64,000 nt of DNA, taken from the sequence record MT995927.1; one strand, 5' to 3'. Each line of letters begins with the position of its first letter. Position 1 is the first letter of the stretch. Shown piece by piece: positions 35,022-45,532 of this stretch. The notes under the pieces were generated by a model. It saw only the letters and a list, made by a program, of their open reading frames with translations. It made no database searches and had not been told where the DNA came from. A program made the translations under genes and the position numbers.

Positions 35022-35391
35022 GATCGATGGTAATCCTTTATCTTCTTCTAAAGACTATGGAAAGAAGATACGTACCTATTTAAATAGCGTATTGGAAAAG
35101 GAACAACGTATAAATCTAAGTATAACTGGTGAAGAAGTACTTAGTCGAATTTATGCTATTACTGATTCAGATCTTCAATATAAAATTCTCAGCCGGGAAA
35201 TTGCTGAAGTGAAGGCTAAAGATTCTTACCGTAATGCGGTATTAGTATTAGCTGGTGGTGTTACTCTTATTGGGGCATCAGTATCTACTATGGTAGTTTT
35301 ATCTGGCGCACCTATGTCAGAAGAAAGTGCCAATGTGTTAAAGACTATTGTGCAAGGTACCTTTGAATTAATAAAGATGCTTATGCAATAA
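34996..35391 (+). CDS. Membrane protein, holin/antiholin candidate
   Basis: Start moved to ATG 34996 (GGAG RBS); hydrophobic segment AVLVLAGGVTLIGASVSTMVVLSG. Confidence 0.5.
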   Translation: MTLEDVLIEIDGNPLSSSKDYGKKIRTYLNSVLEKEQRINLSITGEEVLSRIYAITDSDLQYKILSREIAEVKAKDSYRNAVLVLAGGVTLIGASVSTMVVLSGAPMSEESANVLKTIVQGTFELIKMLMQ

Positions 35392-35401
35392 AAACTATAA
35401 T

Positions 35402-35426
35402 AGCCTTCCTCTTGAAGAGGAAGGCT
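35402..35426 (+). terminator. Hairpin terminator
   Basis: AGCCTTCCTCT-TGA-AGAGGAAGGCT followed by TTAT. Confidence 0.8.
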
Positions 35427-35473
35427 TTATAATGCTATGTGGATTAAACATTTTACCACTATAGAGGTTTGAC

Positions 35474-36007
35474 ATGCAGGATATCTTTCCGTATGACATG
35501 GCATCGAGGGACGCGCTAGTAAAACTTGCGCGGGATGATTTAAAAATAAACTTCAAACCAGAAACAGTTACATTTGAAGATATGTTTTTTAGTCCAACCA
35601 CGATTGAGCCTGGACGTACATTTATTGAAATGATCGACATTACTACTGACATTAAGTACATGTTAACTTACCGTCGGTTAGATTTTGCTGATCCACGAGC
35701 TATTGGTGAAGGATCTATCCTTAAGATAGTTGGTACTTTAACACCTAAAGCAATTGCTGAAGAAATCAACCGTTCACGGGGTTGGAAGCTTGGACCAGAT
35801 GATGTTTCATTTGATACAACACCAATCAATGCAACTACGGATGTTGTTCCATACACGATAGTAGCTATGTCGAGTAGTTATGCTTACTATGGCGAATGTA
35901 ATATACTAATTCAACGTATTGATGACACATCAGATACTATCCGGCTATTAGAGAATGGCGCAGCACGTTATCTAGAAAATGGGACTATCCGTTATCTAGA
36001 AAGTTAA
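35474..36007 (+). CDS. Virion structural protein with C-terminal RxLE(N)G repeats (gp143-like)
   Basis: LTYRRLDF family motif; ends RLLENGAARYLENGTIRYLES. Confidence 0.8.
   Translation: MQDIFPYDMASRDALVKLARDDLKINFKPETVTFEDMFFSPTTIEPGRTFIEMIDITTDIKYMLTYRRLDFADPRAIGEGSILKIVGTLTPKAIAEEINRSRGWKLGPDDVSFDTTPINATTDVVPYTIVAMSSSYAYYGECNILIQRIDDTSDTIRLLENGAARYLENGTIRYLES
35966..35995 (+). repeat. 30-bp direct repeat, copy 2
   Basis: Identical to 10315-10344. Confidence 0.95.
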
Positions 36008-36029
36008 GTAATACCCTCAATGAACCTAA

Positions 36030-36851
<822 letters not shown>

Positions 36852-36934
36852 GATGTAGCAATAGAATGGAGTCTATGGTATCATGTGAAACTTCCCCTCA
36901 TGATAAACCACATCTTTTGCTAATGTAACTTTTT

Positions 36935-36954
36935 GAGAGTCCTTCGGGACTCTC
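36935..36954 (+). terminator. Hairpin terminator
   Basis: GAGAGTCC-TTCG-GGACTCTC followed by TTAT. Confidence 0.85.
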
Positions 36955-37056
36955 TTATGTTGTTGAAATATTACTCATTGGCAATAGTACATTACTGTAT
37001 GAGTCTTCTTCGAAAGACTAACATGTTAGTGTTTCTTATACAGCAAGGAAATAAAA

Positions 37057-39426
37057 ATGGCAAATGCTACAGACAAAGGCAAGATCAGTCAACTGCCGGA
37101 TCTAGCTACTCTTAATGATAGCGAGTATATTGAATTAATTCATACCGATGCAGCTGGTCAAGTCGATAACTATAAGTTTCTGCTGTCAAAACTACAGACT
37201 GGGGCACCCGGTCTTAGTGCGTACGAGATTGCCGTTAAAAATGGTTTCCAGGGAACTGAAACCGAATGGCTTGATTCGCTTAAAGGTAAATCTTCTTATC
37301 AAATCGCAGTCGATCTAGGCTTCGTTGGTACTGAAGAAGAGTTTATAGCATCCCTTAAAGGTGATGCTGGTAAGAGTGCATATGAAGTAGCTGTGGAAAA
37401 TGGTTTCCAAGGTACTGAACAGGAATGGTTAACATCACTGCATGCAACCATGACTGCTGAACTACTACAGACACTCTTAAATCAACAAGGTTACACAGTT
37501 AAAGATGTACTGCGTGTAACTGGCAAGAATGGTGGATTATCATCCAACGCTGCTTTCCATAACTTTGCTTTCCTGTTTGATAAGCGTCTAGATCAAGACG
37601 ACTTAACTGCTAGTGATAAAGTACCTCAGCGTATGATGGAACAAGGGCGTATGGAGGCAGAAGGTTATTCTTATCTAAAGAACGCCTCTGCACCTACCAC
37701 ACAAGGTAAATTACCTGAATTACCTGAGTCTGAAATTCGTATCTATGACAATGGTGAATTCCAGATTGGTAGTTTAACTGATTACATTGCATTCAAGAAT
37801 GATGGTAACATCCGTATTGTTGAAGGCGTTGATGAAACAACTGTTGATCTTAAGAACCTTCCTAAAAATGAAGGTATTAGTGGCGGTGTATTCGTCAAAG
37901 ATGTACAAGCAACTGATCCCAGTCAGAACGTAGGTAGCATTGTGCGTACCCCCGATGGACACAGCGTGCAGTCATGCCTATCAACTACTAGTAATGTTCG
38001 GGTTATCGTTGATGCAATAACTGGACATTCTAGTTACGTACCTAGTGTTAAAATCAATAATGTAGATGCAGTTGTAACTCCTGGCGTTAATCCGCCTATG
38101 TGGATTGCTACGGCAGATATTGACCTTGGTGCACCCACTACCGAAGGTTATGCAGATATTGTTGTAGAGCACGCCGATGGCGCTAAATTCACTACTAAGG
38201 TATTAGCCGATACTCCTGCTAATATTACTAGTGCTGTATTTACTGGTGGTTATCCATTAGGTCAAACAGAACTTAAAGAAGATGACTTAGTTGCAATTAA
38301 AGTTGTTACTGATGAAAATATAGTAGCATACGAGATTGCTGACTTTGGTGCACTGAAAGAAAGTAGTGGTACTGTTGCACCTACTAAAGAACTAGAAGTT
38401 ACTGGTCTTTACGTAGCTGATCGCGGTAATACTACTAAGGCATATGGTTTCCGTGTACGTGTTCAGAAATCAACTGGATCATGGTCAGAATGGTTTACTT
38501 CCAGTGATGCTGGTTCTGAAGATAAAGTTAACACAATGCAGCTAAACGATCTTCGCCCAGTTGTTAATATTGGTCAAGTAACTTATCCGTCTGGTCAAAG
38601 TGCTATTAAAGTAGGTGAAACTGCTACTGTTGCCAATACAGTATCTAATGCTGATAGTGTAGTTTATTCCTCACCAAATGATCAGCTCACTATAACCAGT
38701 GCAAATGAAGCAGAAATTGCTAAAGTAGTTACTTATAAGTCAGGTACTTATAACGACAGTACTAATAACCTATTAATTACTGCTAAACGTGCAGCTAATG
38801 GTAGTGTAGCTACGGCTACTGCTGTTGTAGCTATTGCAAATGCGGCACCTACTGCGACGGTTACCTACCCTGCTGCTCGCCTTCGTTCAGGTGGTAACTT
38901 TGGAACCCAAGTACAAAGTCATGTCATTACTTTAACCTCTACTCAGAAACTAAGTGCAGCTCCGGCCATGAATGCGCCTGGCGGTAAGTGGGCTACTGAG
39001 GATTGGAAATCTGATGCCACTGGTAAGGTATGGACACGTGCATTACTAGTACATGACGATGATCCTAAAGGAACCTACGATTTTAACAGTGTGGTTCTAA
39101 AAGGTTTAGCTGGTGTTGAAGCTAATAGTGTAAATGGTGGTACTTATGTACTAGGTGGATTTGTATTCCGCACTCTAAGTGTGGCTGCTTGGCCGAACCG
39201 TGAAACTGATATTGGTACTGAAGTAACCAATACTGGTAAACTACGTTGCAGTAACCTATCTAAAGGTTCTACTGGTAGCTTAAACTTCACTTATAAGGCG
39301 GATGATGCAAATCAAGTTGACACCTACACCATCAAGGATGGCAATAAGTGGTATAACTGTGACTCAGCAAACGCTGTGTCCAACACCACTGGACTGATGA
39401 AAATCGAACTTGAGGAAGTAGTATAA
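37057..39426 (+). CDS. Fibre/virion appendage protein (gp145-like)
   Basis: KISQLP N-terminus; three SAYxxAxxxGFxGTExEW repeats; beta-rich C-terminal modules. Confidence 0.75.
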   Translation: MANATDKGKISQLPDLATLNDSEYIELIHTDAAGQVDNYKFLLSKLQTGAPGLSAYEIAVKNGFQGTETEWLDSLKGKSSYQIAVDLGFVGTEEEFIASLKGDAGKSAYEVAVENGFQGTEQEWLTSLHATMTAELLQTLLNQQGYTVKDVLRVTGKNGGLSSNAAFHNFAFLFDKRLDQDDLTASDKVPQRMMEQGRMEAEGYSYLKNASAPTTQGKLPELPESEIRIYDNGEFQIGSLTDYIAFKNDGNIRIVEGVDETTVDLKNLPKNEGISGGVFVKDVQATDPSQNVGSIVRTPDGHSVQSCLSTTSNVRVIVDAITGHSSYVPSVKINNVDAVVTPGVNPPMWIATADIDLGAPTTEGYADIVVEHADGAKFTTKVLADTPANITSAVFTGGYPLGQTELKEDDLVAIKVVTDENIVAYEIADFGALKESSGTVAPTKELEVTGLYVADRGNTTKAYGFRVRVQKSTGSWSEWFTSSDAGSEDKVNTMQLNDLRPVVNIGQVTYPSGQSAIKVGETATVANTVSNADSVVYSSPNDQLTITSANEAEIAKVVTYKSGTYNDSTNNLLITAKRAANGSVATATAVVAIANAAPTATVTYPAARLRSGGNFGTQVQSHVITLTSTQKLSAAPAMNAPGGKWATEDWKSDATGKVWTRALLVHDDDPKGTYDFNSVVLKGLAGVEANSVNGGTYVLGGFVFRTLSVAAWPNRETDIGTEVTNTGKLRCSNLSKGSTGSLNFTYKADDANQVDTYTIKDGNKWYNCDSANAVSNTTGLMKIELEEVV

Positions 39427-42400
39427 TGGCTTCTGCATTTGAAGATTATGTAAACGGGGAACTCCCCAAACGGGTATCATCAATTGATGAGCCCACTTCT
39501 GTAGTTAATGGACACATCCCGGTTTCTACCGGGGTGGGTCTTAATACTACTTTCGTTGATCCTGTTACTATACCTGGATTAAAGGGTGAAGATGGTCAGC
39601 CGGGTAAAGATGGCGAACAAGGCCCTCCTGGCCCAGTTGGTCCGGCTATTAACATTATCGCTAATGTTGATCTAGCAACATTCGAACAAGATATTAAACC
39701 ATTAGATACGCATAATGTCGGTGATGCTTGGTTCGTTGAAGATCGGCTATGGGTGTGGGAATCACCGCTAGGTAATGAAGACCCCCCTGTAAAAGGTCGT
39801 TGGGTTGAAACAGGTTCACTTCGTGGTCCAGATGGTACTGGTCTAGTTATCCGTGGTCGTTGGCCTAATAACTTAGAATTACCTAAGACTGAAAGTAATA
39901 AACCTGGAGATGCTTATTCATGGAATAATCAACTCTGGGCGTGGATGCTTATCTCAGGTAATAATCCGCCAGAGAATCCAACTATTGATGACTATGATTG
40001 GTTCCCAGTTACACCACAGGGTGAACGTGGACCTGAGGGCCCTGAGGGTCCGCAAGGTAAAGATGGTGAAATTGGTCCTGAAGGTCCTCAGGGTGAACCA
40101 GCAATGCCGTTTACCATTAAGGATTCACTACCATCACCAGCTGATTTACCTGATCCATCTGTAGCTAAAGAATCAGAAGCATACTTAGTTACTATGGAAG
40201 CTGGTAAACCAGAACATCTATTCATCTTTGTAAAAGGGGCATGGTCAGACCTAGGTACTTTCCAAGGCCCTGAGGGCCCACAAGGTAAACCAGGTAATAC
40301 AGGTGATCCGGGTCCCGATGGTAAACAAGGTGAACCTGGTCCACAAGGTCGTAACTTAGAAGTAGTTAAAGCAGTTGAAACTGCTGATGATCTATTAACC
40401 ACCACTGGTGTAGAACAATACCAAGGTGTTTCAGTACGTTCCACCAATACGGTTTATGTACTGACTGGCCAAGATCCGACTGTTGATATCTCATGGACAG
40501 CCATGGGTTCATTCCGTGGCCCGCAGGGCCCTGAAGGTCCGCAAGGTGAAGATGGCGAACAAGGTCTACCTGGTGAACCAGGGGCACAAGGTAAATCGGC
40601 TTTCCAAGTAGCATTGGACAATGGCTTCACTGGTACTGAGGGTGAATGGTTAATCAGTCTACATGGTAAGAACGTAGTTATTACTGGTGCTGTTGCCAAT
40701 GAGGCAGCCCTGCCGGCAGATGCTCCTGATCAGGCAGCGTACTTCACACAAGACACATCTACCTTATTTGTTAAGATAGATGGTAATTGGGTAAATAGTG
40801 GTACACATCGAGGTCCTAAAGGTGAAGATGGCGCACCTGGTAAAGACGGTGATCAGGGACCAGAAGGACCCGAGGGACCAGAAGGCCCACAAGGTCCCGC
40901 TGGTGAACCTATCCAGATCATCGCAGCGATTGACACTCCTGAAGATACCCCACCAGAAGCACTTGCCGATAACCAATGGAAAGCATATACTGTTAAGTCC
41001 ACGGGCGAAGTATTTGTTAACATGGACGGTAGTCGCTGGACTAGCATTGGTATTATGGCAGGTCCGCAAGGTAAACCGGGTGAAGGTTTAAACATTAAAG
41101 GTGTTTTAACCGATGCTTCACAACTACCAAAGAAAGACACTGATCCTGACTTAGTAACTGGTGATTCATACTGGGTTGAAACTAACGAAGGTACAATGCT
41201 CTATACTTACCAAGGTCAGGAAATTGATGGCTATATCGGCCCAATTAATCTAAATGGTGAGCAGGGTATCCAGGGTGTCGAAGGCCCACAAGGTCCTGAA
41301 GGTAAACAAGGTGGTGGTCTATTAATTATCTATGTTGGTGATGATGCTGGTAAACCAGTAGCATCTGCTGATAACGTAGGTAAAGGTATTGCCATTCGCA
41401 CCAATACTGAAGGACAAGTAGAAGTATTTGTAAGTATCGATACTGAAGGTACATTTACTTGGGAAAGCCTAGGTGTCTTAGCCATGGGTCCGCAGGGTCC
41501 TGAAGGCCCTGAGGGCAAACAAGGTGTTCCAGGTATCCCTGGTAAAACCGGTCAGAAAGGTGAACGTGGATCCTCTTGGGTAATTCTACCTGAAGGTCAA
41601 ACTGCACCCACTTCTATCGATGGTAATCGTGGTGACTGGTGTATCGACAAAACTGGTACCGTTTGGTATAAAGATGCTAACTGGGTTGTATTCTACAAAT
41701 TAATGTCAGTTCCAGTTAGTGAAGTCGATCCAGAAGATGTCGATAAGAAAATGGTTCGGTACAAACTCGGTTGGACTGAACTACCTGTTGATGAGGTGGT
41801 AGATGCTGAAGTAGGTGTCTTCTATGGTCGCCGTAAAGCAACCGCTGACGGGGCTGTTGAATGGACTGCTATTGAATTACCAACACCTGCCATTGATGCT
41901 GTACCTAGTCCAGTTGTTAATGCACAATACGTTCGTAAAGGTATTGCAGGGGGTGAAACTGAATGGGCTACCATTACATTCCCAGAAATTCCTTCAGATG
42001 TAGTACGCGATACTGCACAAGCTACTAAGCCTCAAGGTCGTGTAGCTGGTAACTGGGTTGATGTAGCACCTCTGCAAACCGATGATACTCTAATGGGTAT
42101 GCAAAATGGTGAATGGGTAGCTGTACCAGCCGCAGTTATTGGTGAAGTACCTAGTGAAGGTGCTAATGGCACTAACTATGTACGTGAGAAAACAGCTAGT
42201 GGTTCTAAATGGACACCTGTAACTATTATAGTTGATCAAGCTGATGCTACTAGTGGACAACTATTCCTACGTAATGCTGCGGCTAAATCATGGACTCTAT
42301 TCCAAGGGCCGAATAATGATGTAACCGCTGATGGTGATTGGCTACGTAGCCGTACTGGTACTAATATTACTTGGAAGAAGCTAGATAAATCATTCGATGC

Positions 42401-42707
42401 ATATAGCCTAAAATCAAGTACATTCACTGGTACAGCTTTAACTCTAACACCAGCTAACCAACAGTGCTATAGGGTTCAAACTGCTGCTAACCAAACCATT
42501 ACACTAGAGAATGGACCTGTTGATCGTATGATCACAGCTGTTCTTGTATTGCTTGGTAAGGTAGCTATGCCAACACTTTCTAGTGCAGTGTTACAATGGA
42601 ACAATGGTACTCCAGTAATAGTAGATGACCTAGGTGATACTAAAACAGTTCTTACCCTCTTATGGGATGGTACTAACTGGATAGTTTCCAAAGGTGCTGT
42701 TATTTAA
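39426..42707 (+). CDS. Collagen-like fibre protein (gp146-like)
   Basis: Multiple Gly-X-Y tracts (GPEGPQGK) alternating with globular modules; TAATG-coupled to the upstream gene. Confidence 0.85.
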   Translation: MASAFEDYVNGELPKRVSSIDEPTSVVNGHIPVSTGVGLNTTFVDPVTIPGLKGEDGQPGKDGEQGPPGPVGPAINIIANVDLATFEQDIKPLDTHNVGDAWFVEDRLWVWESPLGNEDPPVKGRWVETGSLRGPDGTGLVIRGRWPNNLELPKTESNKPGDAYSWNNQLWAWMLISGNNPPENPTIDDYDWFPVTPQGERGPEGPEGPQGKDGEIGPEGPQGEPAMPFTIKDSLPSPADLPDPSVAKESEAYLVTMEAGKPEHLFIFVKGAWSDLGTFQGPEGPQGKPGNTGDPGPDGKQGEPGPQGRNLEVVKAVETADDLLTTTGVEQYQGVSVRSTNTVYVLTGQDPTVDISWTAMGSFRGPQGPEGPQGEDGEQGLPGEPGAQGKSAFQVALDNGFTGTEGEWLISLHGKNVVITGAVANEAALPADAPDQAAYFTQDTSTLFVKIDGNWVNSGTHRGPKGEDGAPGKDGDQGPEGPEGPEGPQGPAGEPIQIIAAIDTPEDTPPEALADNQWKAYTVKSTGEVFVNMDGSRWTSIGIMAGPQGKPGEGLNIKGVLTDASQLPKKDTDPDLVTGDSYWVETNEGTMLYTYQGQEIDGYIGPINLNGEQGIQGVEGPQGPEGKQGGGLLIIYVGDDAGKPVASADNVGKGIAIRTNTEGQVEVFVSIDTEGTFTWESLGVLAMGPQGPEGPEGKQGVPGIPGKTGQKGERGSSWVILPEGQTAPTSIDGNRGDWCIDKTGTVWYKDANWVVFYKLMSVPVSEVDPEDVDKKMVRYKLGWTELPVDEVVDAEVGVFYGRRKATADGAVEWTAIELPTPAIDAVPSPVVNAQYVRKGIAGGETEWATITFPEIPSDVVRDTAQATKPQGRVAGNWVDVAPLQTDDTLMGMQNGEWVAVPAAVIGEVPSEGANGTNYVREKTASGSKWTPVTIIVDQADATSGQLFLRNAAAKSWTLFQGPNNDVTADGDWLRSRTGTNITWKKLDKSFDAYSLKSSTFTGTALTLTPANQQCYRVQTAANQTITLENGPVDRMITAVLVLLGKVAMPTLSSAVLQWNNGTPVIVDDLGDTKTVLTLLWDGTNWIVSKGAVI

Positions 42708-42718
42708 AACGACATATT

Positions 42719-42738
42719 GCCCTCCCTTCGGGGAGGGC
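42719..42738 (+). terminator. Hairpin terminator
   Basis: GCCCTCCC-TTCG-GGGAGGGC plus TTTATTTT; same core as 10390-10409. Confidence 0.85.
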
Positions 42739-42806
42739 TTTATTTTGTCTTTTAAGGTTGATTCATTGTTAACCATGCCGTCATACCAGTTATATCTAAA
42801 AAAAGC

Positions 42807-42833
42807 ATAGAAAGCCCTAATAGGGCTTTCTAT
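42807..42833 (-). terminator. Terminator of the minus-strand operon
   Basis: ATAGAAAGCCCT-AAT-AGGGCTTTCTAT, with an A tract on its left (T tract on the minus strand). Confidence 0.75.
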
Positions 42834-42839
42834 TGGGTA

Positions 42840-43556
42840 TCATGGCTTAAACATGGAAAAGTATTCAGCATCGATGAAATCAAAGTCGATATTAAGTTTA
42901 TGCTTTAACTGGAAATCCATGATAATAAACTGTTTATCTTCAACAGCTAATTCACTTACATCTTTCTCAAATAGCTTTGGACCAATAATAGTAAAGTCAG
43001 GCATCAACACTTGTCCTAATTCAAGAACATGGGTTTTACACCATTCTCCAAAATTATACATAATCGCCATTGAATAGATAGAGTTTAATCTAGAACAAGT
43101 AAGGTCTGTTAATGGAGTATTAATCAGGGTGATCTGAATATGATCACCAATGTACTTATGTAAGCAGTATAGTAATTCATCTTGAGCATCTGGTGTCAAT
43201 TCATATGGCCAGATATTGACTTCAAGACATGTTTCAAAATTAGCATTAACTATACCATCTAATCTATTCAAATCTGATTGGGCTATTAATTGAATAATAA
43301 ATGGAATGATACCAGTGAATATAGAACTATTGATAGTGTCAGCAGTATTTTCACCACCACGTTTAGAATAAGCTTCGACAAATTGTTCATTAGTTACTAA
43401 ACCATCTGTTAGTTTAGTCCAATCATCCATTTCCCTATGCCAGTAAATTTGACCATTGGTAACAAGCTTATTAGCTGCATCTTTATTTAGTAACCTAATG
43501 GTTCCTAACCGTGTATCTAATAGTGAGTCAAGATCAATTAAGATTTTACGAAACAT
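42840..43556 (-). CDS. Hypothetical protein with HAD-like motif I (gp147-like)
   Basis: KILIDLDSLLDT at the N-terminus. Confidence 0.6.
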   Translation of the reverse strand: MFRKILIDLDSLLDTRLGTIRLLNKDAANKLVTNGQIYWHREMDDWTKLTDGLVTNEQFVEAYSKRGGENTADTINSSIFTGIIPFIIQLIAQSDLNRLDGIVNANFETCLEVNIWPYELTPDAQDELLYCLHKYIGDHIQITLINTPLTDLTCSRLNSIYSMAIMYNFGEWCKTHVLELGQVLMPDFTIIGPKLFEKDVSELAVEDKQFIIMDFQLKHKLNIDFDFIDAEYFSMFKP

Positions 43557-44052
43557 TATTATTTACCGCCTTCTTTTTAGATGGCTTAGCTTGAACTGGG
43601 ATAGATTCAACCATATTAGTAATATAACGGATATTTAAACATTGGCAAATAATCCAAACTAACCAATCATTTTGGTATAAAATGTCAGTTAATTCTTTTC
43701 GTGGAATTAATCGCGCTAACATTTCTTGGTCAACAATAGTTGAATTAGGTTGATAAGGATAAATAGAATCAGCTAGTAATTTCACCACACCATCCCAATC
43801 ATTAACAGCCATCTTAAATCGACTAACTAAACTTAAGATAGGTTGAAGACGATTACCTTTATTACGGAATAAATTCCAGATATCCCTAATAACTGTTTTA
43901 TCAGCAATGTGATACCAATGAGTATTGGTACTCCAGTTATTTAGTAAATCCAAAATATCCGCAATGATTTCAGCACTGTATCCATTTACTAACTCAGTAT
44001 TAGATACAATTAAAGCTTCGCACATATCTTCATAAATCTGGCGATTATTCAT
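43546..44052 (-). CDS. Hypothetical protein (gp148-like)
   Basis: 168-aa ORF in an operon. Confidence 0.75.
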   Translation of the reverse strand: MNNRQIYEDMCEALIVSNTELVNGYSAEIIADILDLLNNWSTNTHWYHIADKTVIRDIWNLFRNKGNRLQPILSLVSRFKMAVNDWDGVVKLLADSIYPYQPNSTIVDQEMLARLIPRKELTDILYQNDWLVWIICQCLNIRYITNMVESIPVQAKPSKKKAVNNNVS

Positions 44053-44054
44053 AA

Positions 44055-44729
44055 TTACACCAAGTTATTTTGTAGCATCATGCCTTTTAGATAACATGCA
44101 AATGTTTTATTAGATTGCACAGTAGTATCATAAGTGGACATGATGGAATCAACAGAAGCACTACCAGTTTCGATAATAGAGCGGTTCATTGCATTATACG
44201 CCTTCTGGTCGCCACCACGCAGTTTCATGAATTCGATCATGGAATAACGGAGACCTTTTGAAGCGTTAACTTGAATCTCTGGTGCAGACATACGGGATCC
44301 TTTAGAATCACCAGTTACCTGCCCTGACCTCTGGTCAATCACGTGACTAGAACCTGGAATACTTTTCTTTTTCTCAAGCATTTGTACTTGACGACGGATT
44401 GGTATTAAACCAACTAAATGTTTATTAGCAGTTCGATATACCTGGCCAGTACCTGGATCAGTTAAAATGATGTGTTGGAATAAATTATGACCAATCGCTT
44501 TAGCAACTTTATAATTTTGCTTAATAGTTAATTTAGGCTTAGTGCATAAGTTAGGAGCATATAATGCCAACATCTCTTCACCAGAATCTAACTTATTAAT
44601 CCACTCCTCAAATTCCTCATCATTCATTCGTGCAAACATTTCTTTATAGATATCAACATTACTACTACCAGGTAGAAACATGTCAATAATCCATAGGCAT
44701 TCTTTTTCTACCAATTCTCGTTTAGTCAT
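44055..44729 (-). CDS. gp149: Virion RNA polymerase, beta-like C-terminal fragment (gp149-like)
   Basis: SGQVTGDSKGSRMSAPEIQVNASKG aligns by eye with RpoB [24 protein letters not shown]; 224 aa and synteny. Confidence 0.8.
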   Translation of the reverse strand: MTKRELVEKECLWIIDMFLPGSSNVDIYKEMFARMNDEEFEEWINKLDSGEEMLALYAPNLCTKPKLTIKQNYKVAKAIGHNLFQHIILTDPGTGQVYRTANKHLVGLIPIRRQVQMLEKKKSIPGSSHVIDQRSGQVTGDSKGSRMSAPEIQVNASKGLRYSMIEFMKLRGGDQKAYNAMNRSIIETGSASVDSIMSTYDTTVQSNKTFACYLKGMMLQNNLV

Positions 44730-44761
44730 GGTAATTTCCTTTAAGGTTGTTTAACATACCA

Positions 44762-45082
44762 TTAGCTTGAGCGAGATACCCCTTGATAGACAGGTATTGA
44801 ATTCTGGTCAGTACATGGAGGTAACCTGTGCCTCTTAAGAATTGGTAATATGTTGGCTAGAAAATTAGCATACCATACTTCAAAGGTGACTGAATCATCA
44901 ATGGTGGTTCTAGCTGTCAATGTCTGACTAGGGTATTGAGCTAATAGTTGCTGAAAGCAAGCTGATAAAGTGGGTACGTCTGTACACACTGGTAATCGAC
45001 GTAATAGATCTTCTGATAGTTCAACATCAAACATTCGTAGACGTTGACAAAGTGTTAAACGATAATCTTCTGTAGTTTTCAT
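44762..45082 (-). CDS. Hypothetical protein (gp150-like)
   Basis: 106-aa ORF in an operon. Confidence 0.7.
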   Translation of the reverse strand: MKTTEDYRLTLCQRLRMFDVELSEDLLRRLPVCTDVPTLSACFQQLLAQYPSQTLTARTTIDDSVTFEVWYANFLANILPILKRHRLPPCTDQNSIPVYQGVSRSS

Positions 45083-45105
45083 TATAGTTCCTTAGGGTCT
45101 TTATT

Positions 45106-45456
45106 TTACTTTGATATCTCACCACAGTAAATGACCTCTGTTTTTGTTTCAAGCCATTCTACTAATAAATGCCGGTGACAGAAATTACCAGCGCGACAAT
45201 AACAACCTAATGCTACTTCCTCTAATTGGAAGAACCATTTAAAGAATTCTGGATTATCAATCAATGATTGCTCTAACATACTGAGATATGCTTCAGTGTA
45301 TTCATCACTTGATATAATTCCTTTCTTATGTCCCATAACCATTAACCACGTAGGTGCGAGTTGATATGCACCTGATTTAACAGTTATGTCTAGCGGTTTT
45401 ATTCCTTTCTCTATAACTAACTTATATTTAGCTATCTGATAAGTGTAAACATTCAT
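45106..45456 (-). CDS. DUF488-like protein (gp151-like)
   Basis: LAPTW..V, VALGCYC...FCHRHLL pattern typical of the DUF488 family. Confidence 0.65.
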   Translation of the reverse strand: MNVYTYQIAKYKLVIEKGIKPLDITVKSGAYQLAPTWLMVMGHKKGIISSDEYTEAYLSMLEQSLIDNPEFFKWFFQLEEVALGCYCRAGNFCHRHLLVEWLETKTEVIYCGEISK

Positions 45457-45470
45457 ATACCAAACCTGAC

Positions 45471-45501
45471 ATAACTAGGGATCTTATTGACCCCTAGTTA
45501 T
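45471..45501 (-). terminator. Hairpin downstream of the recombinase gene
   Basis: ATAACTAGGG/CCCTAGTTAT 10-bp stem. Confidence 0.55.
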
Positions 45502-45532
45502 TTTAAAACTGGCGATAACATCTATACTAACA

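Noticed and set aside
36852-37056. Intergenic gap and 60-aa ORF after the endolysin
   Set aside because: The ORF starts within the terminator hairpin and overlaps the gp145-like start; no evidence of coding or additional structure
40088-41518. Several G/P/S-rich antisense ORFs
   Set aside because: Shadows of the collagen Gly-Pro repeats
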